Below are positions 28,026-38,179 of a DNA stretch of 64,000 nt, one piece after another. This DNA comes from Selenomonadaceae bacterium (lineage in GTDB: Bacteria > Bacillota > Negativicutes > Selenomonadales > Selenomonadaceae), in assembly GCA_017535925.1 (NCBI GenBank), contig JAFXTD010000028.1, forward strand, positions 17,229 to 81,228, written 5' to 3'. The translations under genes were made by a program, and so were the position numbers. Position 1 is the stretch's first letter. Each line of letters starts with the position of its first letter. The notes under the pieces were generated by a model. The model ran no database searches. It was not told the origin of the DNA and saw only the letters and a program-made list of their open reading frames with translations.

Positions 28026-31000
28026 TTATTCGAACTGCTGGGTCGCATGGTTGACTTTGGCAGTGGTGCCGTCGTCGAGAACGATGTTGACTTCAGCAGT
28101 GCTGTTGACTGTGAGCGAGCTGCCGTCGGTGAGTTTGATCTCAACGCCGGTTGCGGTGATGTTCGTGCCGTCGAAGTCAATCTGGTCAAGCGTCACGCCG
28201 AGCTGGATAACGTCGCCGTCATTCGCGCTCATGATTGTGTCGTTGCCGTTGTATCCTTCGAAGTAGAACTCGTTGTGACCGGTGCCGCCGTACATTACGT
28301 CGTTGACGATGCCGGAGCCGCCCCACATGCTTGCGTTGCCTGCGCCGCCGTAGATGGTGTTGGCAATTTCGTTACCTGCAGCCAAGACTTCCGCATTGGA
28401 GCCGCGTGCGTCGACAACAGTGAACTTGCTGTTGCTGAAGTCTACGCCGTTGCCGTAATCCGGAGCGTCGAGCCAAATCTCGGTCGAAGCAATGTCGCCG
28501 ACTTTGACGGTCGCGCCGTTAGCGTCGTCGGTTGCGCAGTAGAAGTCGACATAGGAGTTGTTGACGGTGACTTCCGTCGCCGCAATCTGGGCAACAGTCT
28601 CGAACTCGGTGCCGCGGTCAACCAAGAATTCATTGCCTGCCGCATTTTCGATAGTGACTTTTTCGGTTGCGCCGCCTTCGCCGCGGTTACCCTGGATAGC
28701 AAGCGTTACGCTGCCGTCAGAGTTGGCTTTGATGTCGGTTACGCCGTTTTCGCCCATATCGATCGTGAGTGCGTCGAAGGTTGCGGTATTGCCGCCGCCG
28801 TTCTCGATGAACTCGAAGCCGCTGATGGTGTTCTGCGCGCCGTTGTTGATACCAAGTACGAAGAATTCGGTGGAGCCCATCTTGTCTTCGCTGGAGGAGC
28901 CGACCAAGTTGTTCTTGCCGCCGCCGCCGTAGAGTGAGCCTTCGCCCGTGCCGGCAACGAGAGTTTCATCTGCAGAGCCGCCCTTGAACAAGGTGTTGCC
29001 GCTGCCGCCGATGAGGCTGTTCATGCCGTCGAACGTTGCGTTGTCGTCGCCGACTTTGCTTTGAGCCCAATCGCCGTCCATGTCAACGGTAACTTCGCCG
29101 GTGTATGCGCTGAAGTCAACCGCGCCGTTCGGTGCTTTGTAGAAGTTGGGAGCATCTTCGCCGACGGTGATTGTGCCGCCTTCGACAGCGATAGCCGCTT
29201 TGATCGTCTCGTTGTTGTTGACAAAGAGTTGTTCGACGAAGCCTGCTTCGGTTGTCACAGCTGCGGTTGCGCTGAACTTGTCGTTCTTGTTGCTGACAAC
29301 GAGGTTTGTGCCGTCGAAGGAAACGTCGGTGTCTGCTGCCGCGAGATCAACATTGAGGATATCGCCGTTGAAGCCGCTGACCAAACCGGTGATGGTGTCT
29401 TTGCCTTCGCCGAGGATAATCGTTGCTGCGCCGCGGTCTTCAGTTTCGGCATCGAGGATAATCTGGTTCGAACCCGCGCCTGCGTCGATAACATCGTTTT
29501 CGCCGCCGAAGAGGGTGTCGTTGCCGGTGCCGCTCTTGAGGCTGGAGCCGCCGAGTTTGTCGCTCTCTCTGTTGCCGATAAGGATGAGGTCTTCCGCAAT
29601 GTCGCTTGCGTCGAGAACGCCGCCTTCTTTATCGGTGAAGCCGACCAACTGACCGTAGTCGTCGCCGTAGGTGTCTTTGCCGTCTTTGTAGCCGAACAAG
29701 CGAATCATGTTCTGGTGGTTGCTGTTCAAGTTGTTGACGGTGATTCTGGTCTTGCGGTCTGTACCTTCTTTGCGGGATTCGTTCGCGTCGAATTCGTCGC
29801 GGTCGATAGCAGTAATTCCGCCGTCTTCGAAGAGCAACAACTCGTCTTGAATTGCATCGACGATGTTGTCAGCATACGGAATTTCAGGATCGTGGAGGAC
29901 AACGCCGGAAATGCCGGTTTCGTCGTAGTTGTTGAGGACGATGTTGGCATTGGCTGCCGCGTAGGTGTGAATCTTGTCAACGCTGTTGGTATTGGCAGTG
30001 CCGCCCATGTCAATGACGGTCTTCATGTTGGCTTGATGGACAACTTTGTCATTTTCCATGCTGCCGCCAACCCAGATCGTGTCATGACCGGAGCCGACAG
30101 TGATGTTGACTTGACCGTATTCGTCGTCGCCCTGCATGATAACCGCGTCGCCGTGGTTGCCGAGGACAATGTTCTTTTCGCCTTCAGCGGTATCAGTGAC
30201 CCAAGCAACGCTCTTGCCGGCGGTGGTGCTGAGTTTGCCGGTCGAGGTGCCGCCGGCATCAAAGATGACAAGACCCGAAGCTGCGTCGGTGGAACGATCC
30301 AAATTGTCGTTGTTGGATTCACGGAAGATTTGCTCTGTCGGGAACGGATCGAGACCAAGCCAGTTGTCTGCGTACATGATTTTGCCGGCTGTGACTTGCG
30401 AATAGAACAACGGATAATCATGATCGGTCACGAAAGAGCTGAGGGTATCTTCTGCCTTGGTGTTGTAGCCGATAATTGCTTCGTTGGTGAGGTTGGCAGT
30501 CGCAATGTCTTCTGCGGAATAGGTTGTGCCGTTGACAGTGATGGGACCTTCGGAGACTTGGAGAAGTGCATCTTCGTCAAGTCCGGTGACTACGCCGCCT
30601 GCAGTGATTGTGACGCCGTCTTTATCATTAACAACTCTGTAAATTTTGCCGTTGACGGTGTAGATGTCAGGGATTCCGTCGGTGCTGTCGCTTGCAAAGA
30701 CAAACGTCGTGCCTTCGTCGGTGCTGCTGACAACGTCGCCGTCGACAAGACCGCTGACTTCGGCAAGACCGGTGCTGGTGTCGCCCGTGACGGTAATGTC
30801 ATTGGCGGCAGTGTAAGTGAGCGTATCGCCGTTAATATCGATTTCGTAAGTGCCGTTGCGGAGAACGATTGAATCTTCAACACCGTCAAGACCCGTAATT
30901 ACACCGTTGAGGTCAAAGGTAAAGGTGTCATCTGTATCCGCTGTAAGAGTATTTCTTAAAGGAACGTTTGCGGGAACGATTGCGCCGTCGCTCATATTGC

Positions 31001-32792
31001 TGATTGTGAATTGAGGATCGGTCGGGTCGGTAACGTCGGAAAGAGTGACCGTGAAGCCTTCGGTATCCGCAATAGCAGGAACAGCAATCAAGTTGGCAGC
31101 GGTTTCAGTGAGGTAGTAGAGGTCGAGGTCTTCGGCACCGTCGGGCAACGTGACAGAGTCATCTTTCGATTCGAATACGAAGCCTTTAATGATTCCGTTT
31201 GCGGCGGTTATGAAGTGACCGTTGCCGGTGTAGCCGTAGGTGAATCCGTTGACGTTGTCGGTGACGTAGCCGGTCTTGTCGCCGGTGGTGAGCTGATCGA
31301 TTCCGGAATATGCGGCATAGACAGTTTCGCCTGCATCAACTACGAGTTGTTGATCGCCTGCCGCGCCGCCGATAAGCGTGAAGTCGCCGTCGGAAACAGT
31401 GATGTATTCCAAGGTGCCCTTCTTGCTGATAACAGGCAAGCCTTCTTCTTCGCTGTCAGCATCCGGGCCGGTGACGACCAATTTGTCGCTCGTGCTGGTG
31501 AGGTTGTAGAGACCGTCGACGCTTTCGATAACGCCGTCTTCGTCGAAGGTGATATTGATTTCTTTACCGCCTGCGAGAGCAGATTTGATTGTGAAGTCTA
31601 ACGTCGTATCGCCGATTGTAACTTCTGAGGTATTTGCAATGGTGAGCGTGTAGTTGTTTGCATTCTTGGTAACGGTGTAGCCGCTGCCGTCAACTGTAAC
31701 GAGCTTGGTGAGATCTTCGTCATAGACGTTGATATCTTGGTTATTGGCAACGGTGATCGAGTCGCCGGTAACATCCAAGACAAAGCCTTCGACCGAGCCG
31801 TTGCTATTGAGCGTGAAGTAAGCTTCGCTGTTTGCGCCGAGAACGTACTCATACGTCTTCTTGGCAATCATGATGGAGCCGCCTGCTACGTCGTTTGAAT
31901 CGGGATCGGTGGGCGGAACGAGTTTTTCGGCGTTGGCTGCCGAAGTAACGTTGATAACGTCGGTGCCGTCTTGAGCGAGGTCGCTGAGGTCAAGTTCAAT
32001 GCCGTCTGTGCCGTAAGTGAATACGACTGTGCCTGCGGCAACGTTCTTAATCTTGACTTCGTTATCGTCGACTGTAAAGTTGTAGTCGTTCTCTACGGCA
32101 ACGGAGCCGCCTTCGGTTCCTGCAGTGACTATGCTGTCAAAGCTTGTTTCGTCGCCTGTCCAAACGAGATCGTCTTCACTTTCGGGCGGATCAAAGCCGG
32201 TAACGGTAACGGTGATGTCGCCTTTGGTGTAGGCGTCGGCATTGTTGGCATCGTATTCACCCATAGTGAATTGACCTTCGCCTGCGTCAATCTTGCCGCC
32301 TGTGAGGTTGCCGTTGTTCAACGTGAACGAGAGACCTGCGCTGGCATTGAGTTCAAAGCCTTTGCCGTTTGCTTTTTCGAGAACGAGACCGGCGACTCTG
32401 GCAAGGGTCGAAATGCCGTCGAGGTTGTTCAAAGCAAGTTCAGTAACTTCATAGCCGCTGGCATTTGTCGTTGTTGTTGCGCCTGTTTGAGAGAAGAACA
32501 CGCCTGCAGTGGAAGTGCTGTTGGTGAAAGGATTGGTACCATTTTTCCAAGCATAGTATTTGCCGTCGGAAGCCAAATATCTATCGGCGTTTTGTTCGGT
32601 GATGGCATCCGCCGTGTTGGCAACCTTATTGAGTTCTGCATCGCCGTATTCGACGTCTTCATCCCAACTGTCTGCGCCTTTGCTGGTGTCGCCGTCGACG
32701 TCCAAGTTAAAAGTGCTTACACTATCCGGCTCGCCTGCCGGTACAAATTCCTCAAGCTCGAAATCGTCGAGGACGTTGAAAAAATCATTCAT
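28026..32792 (-). CDS. giant acidic RTX-like repeat exoprotein (1588 aa)
   Basis: No signal peptide. D/T/G/N/V-rich with repeated ~100-aa modules. The C-terminal third has Gly/Asp nonapeptide-like repeats (GTGNDTLFGGENDVIDAGAGSNQI; YGGAGNASMWGGSGIVNDVMYGGTGHNEFYF). Confidence 0.85.
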   Translation of the reverse strand: MNDFFNVLDDFELEEFVPAGEPDSVSTFNLDVDGDTSKGADSWDEDVEYGDAELNKVANTADAITEQNADRYLASDGKYYAWKNGTNPFTNSTSTAGVFFSQTGATTTTNASGYEVTELALNNLDGISTLARVAGLVLEKANGKGFELNASAGLSFTLNNGNLTGGKIDAGEGQFTMGEYDANNADAYTKGDITVTVTGFDPPESEDDLVWTGDETSFDSIVTAGTEGGSVAVENDYNFTVDDNEVKIKNVAAGTVVFTYGTDGIELDLSDLAQDGTDVINVTSAANAEKLVPPTDPDSNDVAGGSIMIAKKTYEYVLGANSEAYFTLNSNGSVEGFVLDVTGDSITVANNQDINVYDEDLTKLVTVDGSGYTVTKNANNYTLTIANTSEVTIGDTTLDFTIKSALAGGKEINITFDEDGVIESVDGLYNLTSTSDKLVVTGPDADSEEEGLPVISKKGTLEYITVSDGDFTLIGGAAGDQQLVVDAGETVYAAYSGIDQLTTGDKTGYVTDNVNGFTYGYTGNGHFITAANGIIKGFVFESKDDSVTLPDGAEDLDLYYLTETAANLIAVPAIADTEGFTVTLSDVTDPTDPQFTISNMSDGAIVPANVPLRNTLTADTDDTFTFDLNGVITGLDGVEDSIVLRNGTYEIDINGDTLTYTAANDITVTGDTSTGLAEVSGLVDGDVVSSTDEGTTFVFASDSTDGIPDIYTVNGKIYRVVNDKDGVTITAGGVVTGLDEDALLQVSEGPITVNGTTYSAEDIATANLTNEAIIGYNTKAEDTLSSFVTDHDYPLFYSQVTAGKIMYADNWLGLDPFPTEQIFRESNNDNLDRSTDAASGLVIFDAGGTSTGKLSTTAGKSVAWVTDTAEGEKNIVLGNHGDAVIMQGDDEYGQVNITVGSGHDTIWVGGSMENDKVVHQANMKTVIDMGGTANTNSVDKIHTYAAANANIVLNNYDETGISGVVLHDPEIPYADNIVDAIQDELLLFEDGGITAIDRDEFDANESRKEGTDRKTRITVNNLNSNHQNMIRLFGYKDGKDTYGDDYGQLVGFTDKEGGVLDASDIAEDLILIGNRESDKLGGSSLKSGTGNDTLFGGENDVIDAGAGSNQIILDAETEDRGAATIILGEGKDTITGLVSGFNGDILNVDLAAADTDVSFDGTNLVVSNKNDKFSATAAVTTEAGFVEQLFVNNNETIKAAIAVEGGTITVGEDAPNFYKAPNGAVDFSAYTGEVTVDMDGDWAQSKVGDDNATFDGMNSLIGGSGNTLFKGGSADETLVAGTGEGSLYGGGGKNNLVGSSSEDKMGSTEFFVLGINNGAQNTISGFEFIENGGGNTATFDALTIDMGENGVTDIKANSDGSVTLAIQGNRGEGGATEKVTIENAAGNEFLVDRGTEFETVAQIAATEVTVNNSYVDFYCATDDANGATVKVGDIASTEIWLDAPDYGNGVDFSNSKFTVVDARGSNAEVLAAGNEIANTIYGGAGNASMWGGSGIVNDVMYGGTGHNEFYFEGYNGNDTIMSANDGDVIQLGVTLDQIDFDGTNITATGVEIKLTDGSSLTVNSTAEVNIVLDDGTTAKVNHATQQFE

Positions 32793-33079
32793 TTAAAAAG
32801 TACTCCCTTCTTGCGCCGCAGCTTTTAAAAAGTTACGGCTCATTGAAAAAAGATTTTTCGATTGCTCGCCGTTAAAGACAAGCCTTGAAACGAATCGAAC
32901 CCCTTTTTTTGGAATAATCCCAAAAACCAAAACAGCGTTGAATTCAGAGAACCCTACACGATTCGCCAAATCCAAACGCCACAGCCCAAGATCGTCCGCC
33001 TGAGTTCCCCAACTTTCGACGAAGACCCCCCTTTACTTCGACGAGCCCGCGTCCACCAAACGCTTGACTTGTCGCGCGC

Positions 33080-33108
33080 AGAATAACGCAGGAAAGATTT
33101 TTTGTCAA
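33080..33108 (-). promoter_or_regulatory. sigma70-type promoter giving a ~280-nt leader to the giant gene
   Basis: Minus strand TTGACA (33103-33108), 17-nt spacer, TATTCT (33080-33085). Confidence 0.45.
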
Positions 33109-33185
33109 GGGTGCAAAGTTAAAAATTTCTTAAAAAGTTGGAGGGCAGTCCCCCTTCTTTGCCAAAGAGTGGGCGCGCAGAATCG

Positions 33186-33412
33186 CTGTCGTGATTCGAA
33201 TTTCCTCACTTCGATTTAACGGTTAATGAGTTTTAGTTTATTGAAAAACTTTTTCTTTGCATGCCCAAAGAAAAAGTTACAAAAAGAAAGGGCACCTCGC
33301 GGGGGCGTTCGTCGTTCATGATTCGGAGGTTGAGGTTACCCGCAACCGCTCGTCCCGCAAAAAAAACATCCATGTTTTTGTTGCGGGGGAGCCGTCATCC
33401 ATGACGGCTCCA
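33186..33412 (-). repeat. multi-hairpin MITE-like element, copy with internal insertion and degenerate ends
   Basis: The reverse complement has GGAGCCGTCATGGATGACGGCTCC, AAAAACATGGATGTTTTTT, an extra ~45-nt segment, a hairpin-3 variant, and the TCAATAAACTAAAA / CGTTAAATCGAAGTGAGG right-arm similarity. Confidence 0.6.
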
Positions 33413-33424
33413 AAGTTACCGTTG

Positions 33425-33940
33425 TTATTTCTTCTTGCGTTTCTTTGACTTGGATTTTTTTGGGGAACGTGTGGCATTGGCGAATTTGTTTTTTAATTTG
33501 GCGGCGTCTTCCTTTTGCTTTTCGGTTGATTTTTTGTCGCGTTGCATTTTGGCGTATTCCGCGCCCAAGCCGGCGATTTTGTGCTTGACTGTCATAATCG
33601 GGTGACTCAAGAGCATTTTCTTTTGTCCGCCCTTCATAATCGTGTTGAAGTCGTTGGTGAAGCGTTCGCCGAAACAGGGCGTCTCGCATTGTTCGCAGAT
33701 GGGCTTGCCGATACCGTATGGGCAACGACTGATTTTAATCAAGACGGTTGACAGGACGGCGGTGCATTTGGCGCAGAGTTTGCCGCCTTCGGTGCCGTGA
33801 TTGGCGTTGCAATATTCGCCGAAGGTATTGCGGATATGTTCTTTCTCTTTAGGGACGTTGTTTTTCAATTCGGGCTCCTTGCGTTTGGGCAGGATGCTTT
33901 TCACTTTTTCTTTAACAGTGTCGAGGATTCCCATAGTCAA
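33425..33940 (-). CDS. nitrous oxide-stimulated promoter (YgbA-like) family protein with lysine-rich tail
   Basis: Cys-rich core (C..C...C.YG..KP.C..C...C) and MLLSHPIMTVKHKI, matching the YgbA motif MLWRHPILTVRHLI. Confidence 0.7.
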   Translation of the reverse strand: MTMGILDTVKEKVKSILPKRKEPELKNNVPKEKEHIRNTFGEYCNANHGTEGGKLCAKCTAVLSTVLIKISRCPYGIGKPICEQCETPCFGERFTNDFNTIMKGGQKKMLLSHPIMTVKHKIAGLGAEYAKMQRDKKSTEKQKEDAAKLKNKFANATRSPKKSKSKKRKKK

Positions 33941-33984
33941 ACTCCTTTCTTGTGAAGTGATTAATTTTAATTGTCGCTTTGGCT

Positions 33985-35199
33985 TTATGTCAAGTCACTT
34001 GCCGCAAGTCGAGCCGCACCGAATTTTCCACGCTTAATCAAAAGCCACAGCGCGATTGAAAGAGCCGTTGAAGTCGTGATGATTATTCCGAGCCCGAAGA
34101 TAAAATTTCCCCAAGGCAACGTTCCCAGCATCATGCCGAGAGAGCCGAAGAGTGTCGGGACAAAATTTATTATCGATGAGGCGGTGCCGACGTTGTCTTT
34201 GGCTTCGTTGAGGAGGATTTCCATTGCGAACGGACGAATCACCGCGCCTATCGCCGTGAAGGGCAGGAAGGTCAGCAAAAACATTATCGCCGCCGTTTGT
34301 CCGACAGTCAAAACCAAAATGCCGCTCGCCATTGCCGCGAAGAAATTCAATTGCAAGAGGCGCACGTTCGACAAAATATTTTTCAGCTTGAGATATAAAA
34401 TCGGTCCCGCGATTGACGCCGCCGAATTCACTGCGAAAAAGTAGCTGTACTCCTGCGCGGTCAAGTCGAAAAATTCGACGTAGATAAAACTCGACGCGCT
34501 AAGGTAAGCCATGTAAGGCGCGGACAAAATCGAAAACATTATCAGCGACGCCATGAAATATTTTTTTCGCCCGACCTCGACGAGCAATGTCAGCGAACGA
34601 AAAATTCCTCCGTGATAGCGTTTGTGTTCGGGCAACGTCTCACAAAACAAAAACGCCACGAATAAATTTATCGCACCCAAAATTGTCAGCAAGCAGAAAG
34701 CCCCTCGCCAATCGGTGAAAGTCAAAAGCACGCCGCCGATTAAAGGTGCAACCATTGGAGCTATCACGCCGAGTGCCTGCGTTATCGCCAAAATTTTTCT
34801 CATGACTTGCCCGCGAAAACAATCTTTTATCAGAGCCGTTTCGACCGTGATTATCGCGCCCGAACCGACCGCTTGAAAAAATCTTCCCGCCAACAAAAAA
34901 TAAATATCTGCCGAGACCGCGCAGGCAAAGGAAGCCGCCGTATAAATTGCCGCGCCGAAAATCAAAATCGGTCGCCGCCCGAATTTGTCAGCCAAAGGGC
35001 CGAACAGAATCATACTCACCGCGAACACGAAAAAAAATATCGTCAGCGTCAAGCCGACAAGAAATTCGCTCGCCGAAAAATAATTTCCCATTTGAGGCAA
35101 CGCGGGCAAATATAAATCTGTTGAAAGAGGTATGAACGCCCCGATAAATGTCAAGTACGCTATCATTGCCGAGATTGAAAGATACTTCTGTTGTCTCAT
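33985..35199 (-). CDS. MFS transporter, Bcr/CflA-type drug efflux family
   Basis: 12-TM profile; MFS motif A GPLADKFGRRPIL. Confidence 0.85.
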   Translation of the reverse strand: MRQQKYLSISAMIAYLTFIGAFIPLSTDLYLPALPQMGNYFSASEFLVGLTLTIFFFVFAVSMILFGPLADKFGRRPILIFGAAIYTAASFACAVSADIYFLLAGRFFQAVGSGAIITVETALIKDCFRGQVMRKILAITQALGVIAPMVAPLIGGVLLTFTDWRGAFCLLTILGAINLFVAFLFCETLPEHKRYHGGIFRSLTLLVEVGRKKYFMASLIMFSILSAPYMAYLSASSFIYVEFFDLTAQEYSYFFAVNSAASIAGPILYLKLKNILSNVRLLQLNFFAAMASGILVLTVGQTAAIMFLLTFLPFTAIGAVIRPFAMEILLNEAKDNVGTASSIINFVPTLFGSLGMMLGTLPWGNFIFGLGIIITTSTALSIALWLLIKRGKFGAARLAASDLT

Positions 35200-35299
35200 C
35201 TAATCGCCTCGTTAAAATTTTTTTTATCATAGCAGAAAAATTTTTCGTTGCATAGCGGCTTGACTTCCTTTTTCGACGGTGTTTATATTTCGCGGGGTG

Positions 35300-38173
35300 A
35301 TGTTCATGCAGTTTCAATTTAAAAAGCAACTCTTCCAAGAGGAGGCGGCTGCTTCCGTCTGTGATTTGTTCATCGGGCAAGCATGTCAATCTCAATCGGG
35401 CGCGTTGAGTCTTATGCGGCTCGACGAATTTAATATCGGTTCCAATGCCGAAATTTCTCTTTCCGACGAAAAAATTTTGGAAAATCTGCGCGGCATTCAA
35501 GAGCGAAATAAATTGCCGCTGTCGAAAAATCTTGAGGGGAAAAATTTTTCTGTGGAAATGGAAACGGGCGTCGGCAAAACTTACACTTATATCAAGACAA
35601 TGTACGAGCTCAATCGCCGCTACGGTTGGAGCAAATTTATCGTCGTCGTGCCGAGTATCGCCGTTCGCGAGGGCGTCAAAAAAACTTTTGATATGACAGC
35701 CGAACATTTCAATTCCGTTTACGGAGAAAAAATCCGTCACTTCATTTACAATTCCAAAAATCTTTCCGTCATTAAAAGTTTCGTCAGCGATTCAAAAATT
35801 TGGGCGATGATTATCAACGTTCAAGCCTTCAGAGCGCGTTCGGATGATGCACGCCGCATGACGCAGGAGCTTGACGAATTCCAAAGCCAAATTCCAATCA
35901 AGGTTATCGCAAAAATAAATCCGATTATCATAATCGACGAGCCGCAATCGGTCGAAAGTGAATTGGCTTGCAAAAAAATTAAAGACTTCAATCCGCTGAT
36001 GATTTTGCGATATTCGGCGACGCTTAAAAATCCTTACAACCTCGTCATGCGCCTCGACGCACTCGACGCTTATCAACGCCGCCTCGTAAAAAAAATTTCC
36101 GTCAAAGGAATTGAAACTCGCAACGAAAATTTTTCCGGCTACATTTTTTTTGAAAGGCTCAATCTTTCAAGAGGCAACCCGACCGCCACGATGACTTTCA
36201 AGCGAAAAACGCCCGGCGGTGTCAAAAAAATTTCCCGCAAAGTTTCCGTCGGCGACGATTTGTTTATTTTATCGAACGGGCTTGAAGGCTATCGAAATTT
36301 CGTCGTGACAGAGATTGACGGCGTGAAAAGGTCTGTCGAATTTCTCAACGGCTTGGAAATTTTTATCGGTCAAGCGGTCGGTGACGTGAACGAAGAAGAA
36401 TTGAGACGCATTCAAATTCGCGAAACCATTCAATCTCATCTTGAGCACGAGGATCGGCTTTTCGGGCGCGGCATAAAAGTTTTGTCATTGTTTTTCATCG
36501 ACGAGGTCGCCAAGTATCGTCGCTACGAAGGAAACTTGCCGCTTGCCGGGATTTACGCCAAAATTTTTGAGGAAGAATACGCCGCCGCCGTTCAAAATTT
36601 CCATGCAGACAACGACTATAAAATTTATCTTGAATCAATCGCCGCGCAGGACACTCACGCCGGATATTTTTCCGTCGACAAAAAAAATCACGCCGTCGAT
36701 TCCAAAGAGGACGATGTTGACGCTTACGATTTGATTATGCGAGACAAAGAGCGGCTTTTGGATTTGAAGACGCCCGTCCGATTTATTTTTTCGCATTCGG
36801 CTTTGCGCGAGGGCTGGGACAATCCGAACGTCTTTCAAATTTGCACACTCAAGCACAGCTCAAGCGATATTCGTCGGAGGCAAGAGGTCGGGCGCGGCAT
36901 GAGGCTTTGTGTAAATCTTCACGGCGAACGCATGGACGAAGACAAACTCGGCGCGGATTTTCATGACGTGAATGTTTTGACCGTCATTGCCAACGAGAGC
37001 TATCAAACTTTCGCGGCGGGCTTGGAAAAAGAAATATCGGAGGCTGCCCGGCGCACGCCGGCTATCGACGAAAAATTTTTTGTCGGAAAAAAATTTTCGG
37101 GCATCAACGCTGACGAAAAATTTTCCCGAAAAATTTATAACGCCTTGATTCGCTGTAACTACCTTGACGACGAAGGAAACTTAACGGAAAAATTTTTCAA
37201 CGACAATTCTCAAGGCGCGATTGATTTGGGCGAGGAACTCAAGAATCACTGCGCGGCGATTGTAAAATTTCTTGACATTGATTTTAATATCGAAAACGCA
37301 CGCGACATTGACGTTGAAGCAAAGGCGGATGTCAAAAAACTTCACGACGAAAATTTTTTGAAACTTTGGGAGCAAGTCAATCGAAAAAGTTTCTACAGCG
37401 TCGAATTCGATTCGGAAGAGCTGATAAATCTTGCGGCGGACGCGCTCAACAAAAAGTTGCCCTCGTCGGAAAATTATTTCCTCGTTGAAAGCGGCACTCT
37501 CAATGACAAAGGCACCTTCGACAAGGAGCACAGTCGCAGGGAAAATTTTCAAGCGGCTGAAACTTTTTCGGAAACGGATTTAATCGCCGCTCTTGCCGAC
37601 GAAACTTCTTTGACGCGCAGAGACGTTGCCGAAATTTTGAAACGCCTCGAAATGCTCAAGCTTAACCATGAAAAATTTATTTTGAACTCGACAAAAATTA
37701 TTCGCGAAACCAAAGCCGACCGCCTCGCCGCGAACGTCACTTACACCGCCCTCGACGAACGCTTCAACATTAAAATTTTTAACGCGCCGCTGAAAGGTCG
37801 TTTCAACGTCAACGCCGCAGAGACCTCCAAAAATATTTACGATTACCTGATTTTCGATTCGACGATTGAAAAAAATTTCGCCGCCGAACTGGAGGCAGCC
37901 GACAGCGTTTCCGTCTATGTGAAGTTGCCGAAAAGTTTTTATATCCCGACGCCGTTCGGCAAGTACACTCCCGATTGGGCGATAGTACTTCGCGAAGGCT
38001 CTGTCAAAAATATTTATTTCGTCGTCGAAACGAAAGGCTCCACCGACGAAGGACAACTGCGCGGCGTCGAGGAAGGCAAAATTTTTTGCGCAGGGAAATT
38101 TTTTGACACAATCGGCGAAGGCAAGGTAAAATACCGCTTGGCAAAAACTTTTCAAGATATTTTGGAGGAGTGA
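35300..38173 (+). CDS. res: type III restriction enzyme, Res subunit
   Basis: MQFQFKKQLFQ N-terminus; Walker A METGVGKTYTY; IIIDEPQS box; helicase C motifs; C-terminal PD-(D/E)xK-like TPDW...VVETKG. The start could be 35300 or 35306. Confidence 0.92.
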   Translation: MFMQFQFKKQLFQEEAAASVCDLFIGQACQSQSGALSLMRLDEFNIGSNAEISLSDEKILENLRGIQERNKLPLSKNLEGKNFSVEMETGVGKTYTYIKTMYELNRRYGWSKFIVVVPSIAVREGVKKTFDMTAEHFNSVYGEKIRHFIYNSKNLSVIKSFVSDSKIWAMIINVQAFRARSDDARRMTQELDEFQSQIPIKVIAKINPIIIIDEPQSVESELACKKIKDFNPLMILRYSATLKNPYNLVMRLDALDAYQRRLVKKISVKGIETRNENFSGYIFFERLNLSRGNPTATMTFKRKTPGGVKKISRKVSVGDDLFILSNGLEGYRNFVVTEIDGVKRSVEFLNGLEIFIGQAVGDVNEEELRRIQIRETIQSHLEHEDRLFGRGIKVLSLFFIDEVAKYRRYEGNLPLAGIYAKIFEEEYAAAVQNFHADNDYKIYLESIAAQDTHAGYFSVDKKNHAVDSKEDDVDAYDLIMRDKERLLDLKTPVRFIFSHSALREGWDNPNVFQICTLKHSSSDIRRRQEVGRGMRLCVNLHGERMDEDKLGADFHDVNVLTVIANESYQTFAAGLEKEISEAARRTPAIDEKFFVGKKFSGINADEKFSRKIYNALIRCNYLDDEGNLTEKFFNDNSQGAIDLGEELKNHCAAIVKFLDIDFNIENARDIDVEAKADVKKLHDENFLKLWEQVNRKSFYSVEFDSEELINLAADALNKKLPSSENYFLVESGTLNDKGTFDKEHSRRENFQAAETFSETDLIAALADETSLTRRDVAEILKRLEMLKLNHEKFILNSTKIIRETKADRLAANVTYTALDERFNIKIFNAPLKGRFNVNAAETSKNIYDYLIFDSTIEKNFAAELEAADSVSVYVKLPKSFYIPTPFGKYTPDWAIVLREGSVKNIYFVVETKGSTDEGQLRGVEEGKIFCAGKFFDTIGEGKVKYRLAKTFQDILEE

Positions 38174-38179
38174 ACCCAA

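Noticed and set aside
27960-32828. Long plus-strand ORFs (27960-28937, 29061-30872, 31011-31601, 31971-32828) antisense to the giant gene.
   Set aside because: Their products are low-complexity V/A/G/D/F strings that mirror the GNY/ACN codon bias of the minus-strand gene. They have no RBS and no recognisable domains, and the minus-strand ORF is continuous with RTX-like motifs.
32793-32975. 60-aa upstream ORF whose stop abuts the ATG of the giant gene (TAAATG).
   Set aside because: It needs a TTG start without any Shine-Dalgarno sequence, and its composition looks random. It is treated as part of the leader.
32793-33108. Possible c-di-GMP or other riboswitch in the giant-gene leader.
   Set aside because: I could not find the conserved GEMM-type or any other riboswitch core by eye. 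It is left as an unverified long leader.
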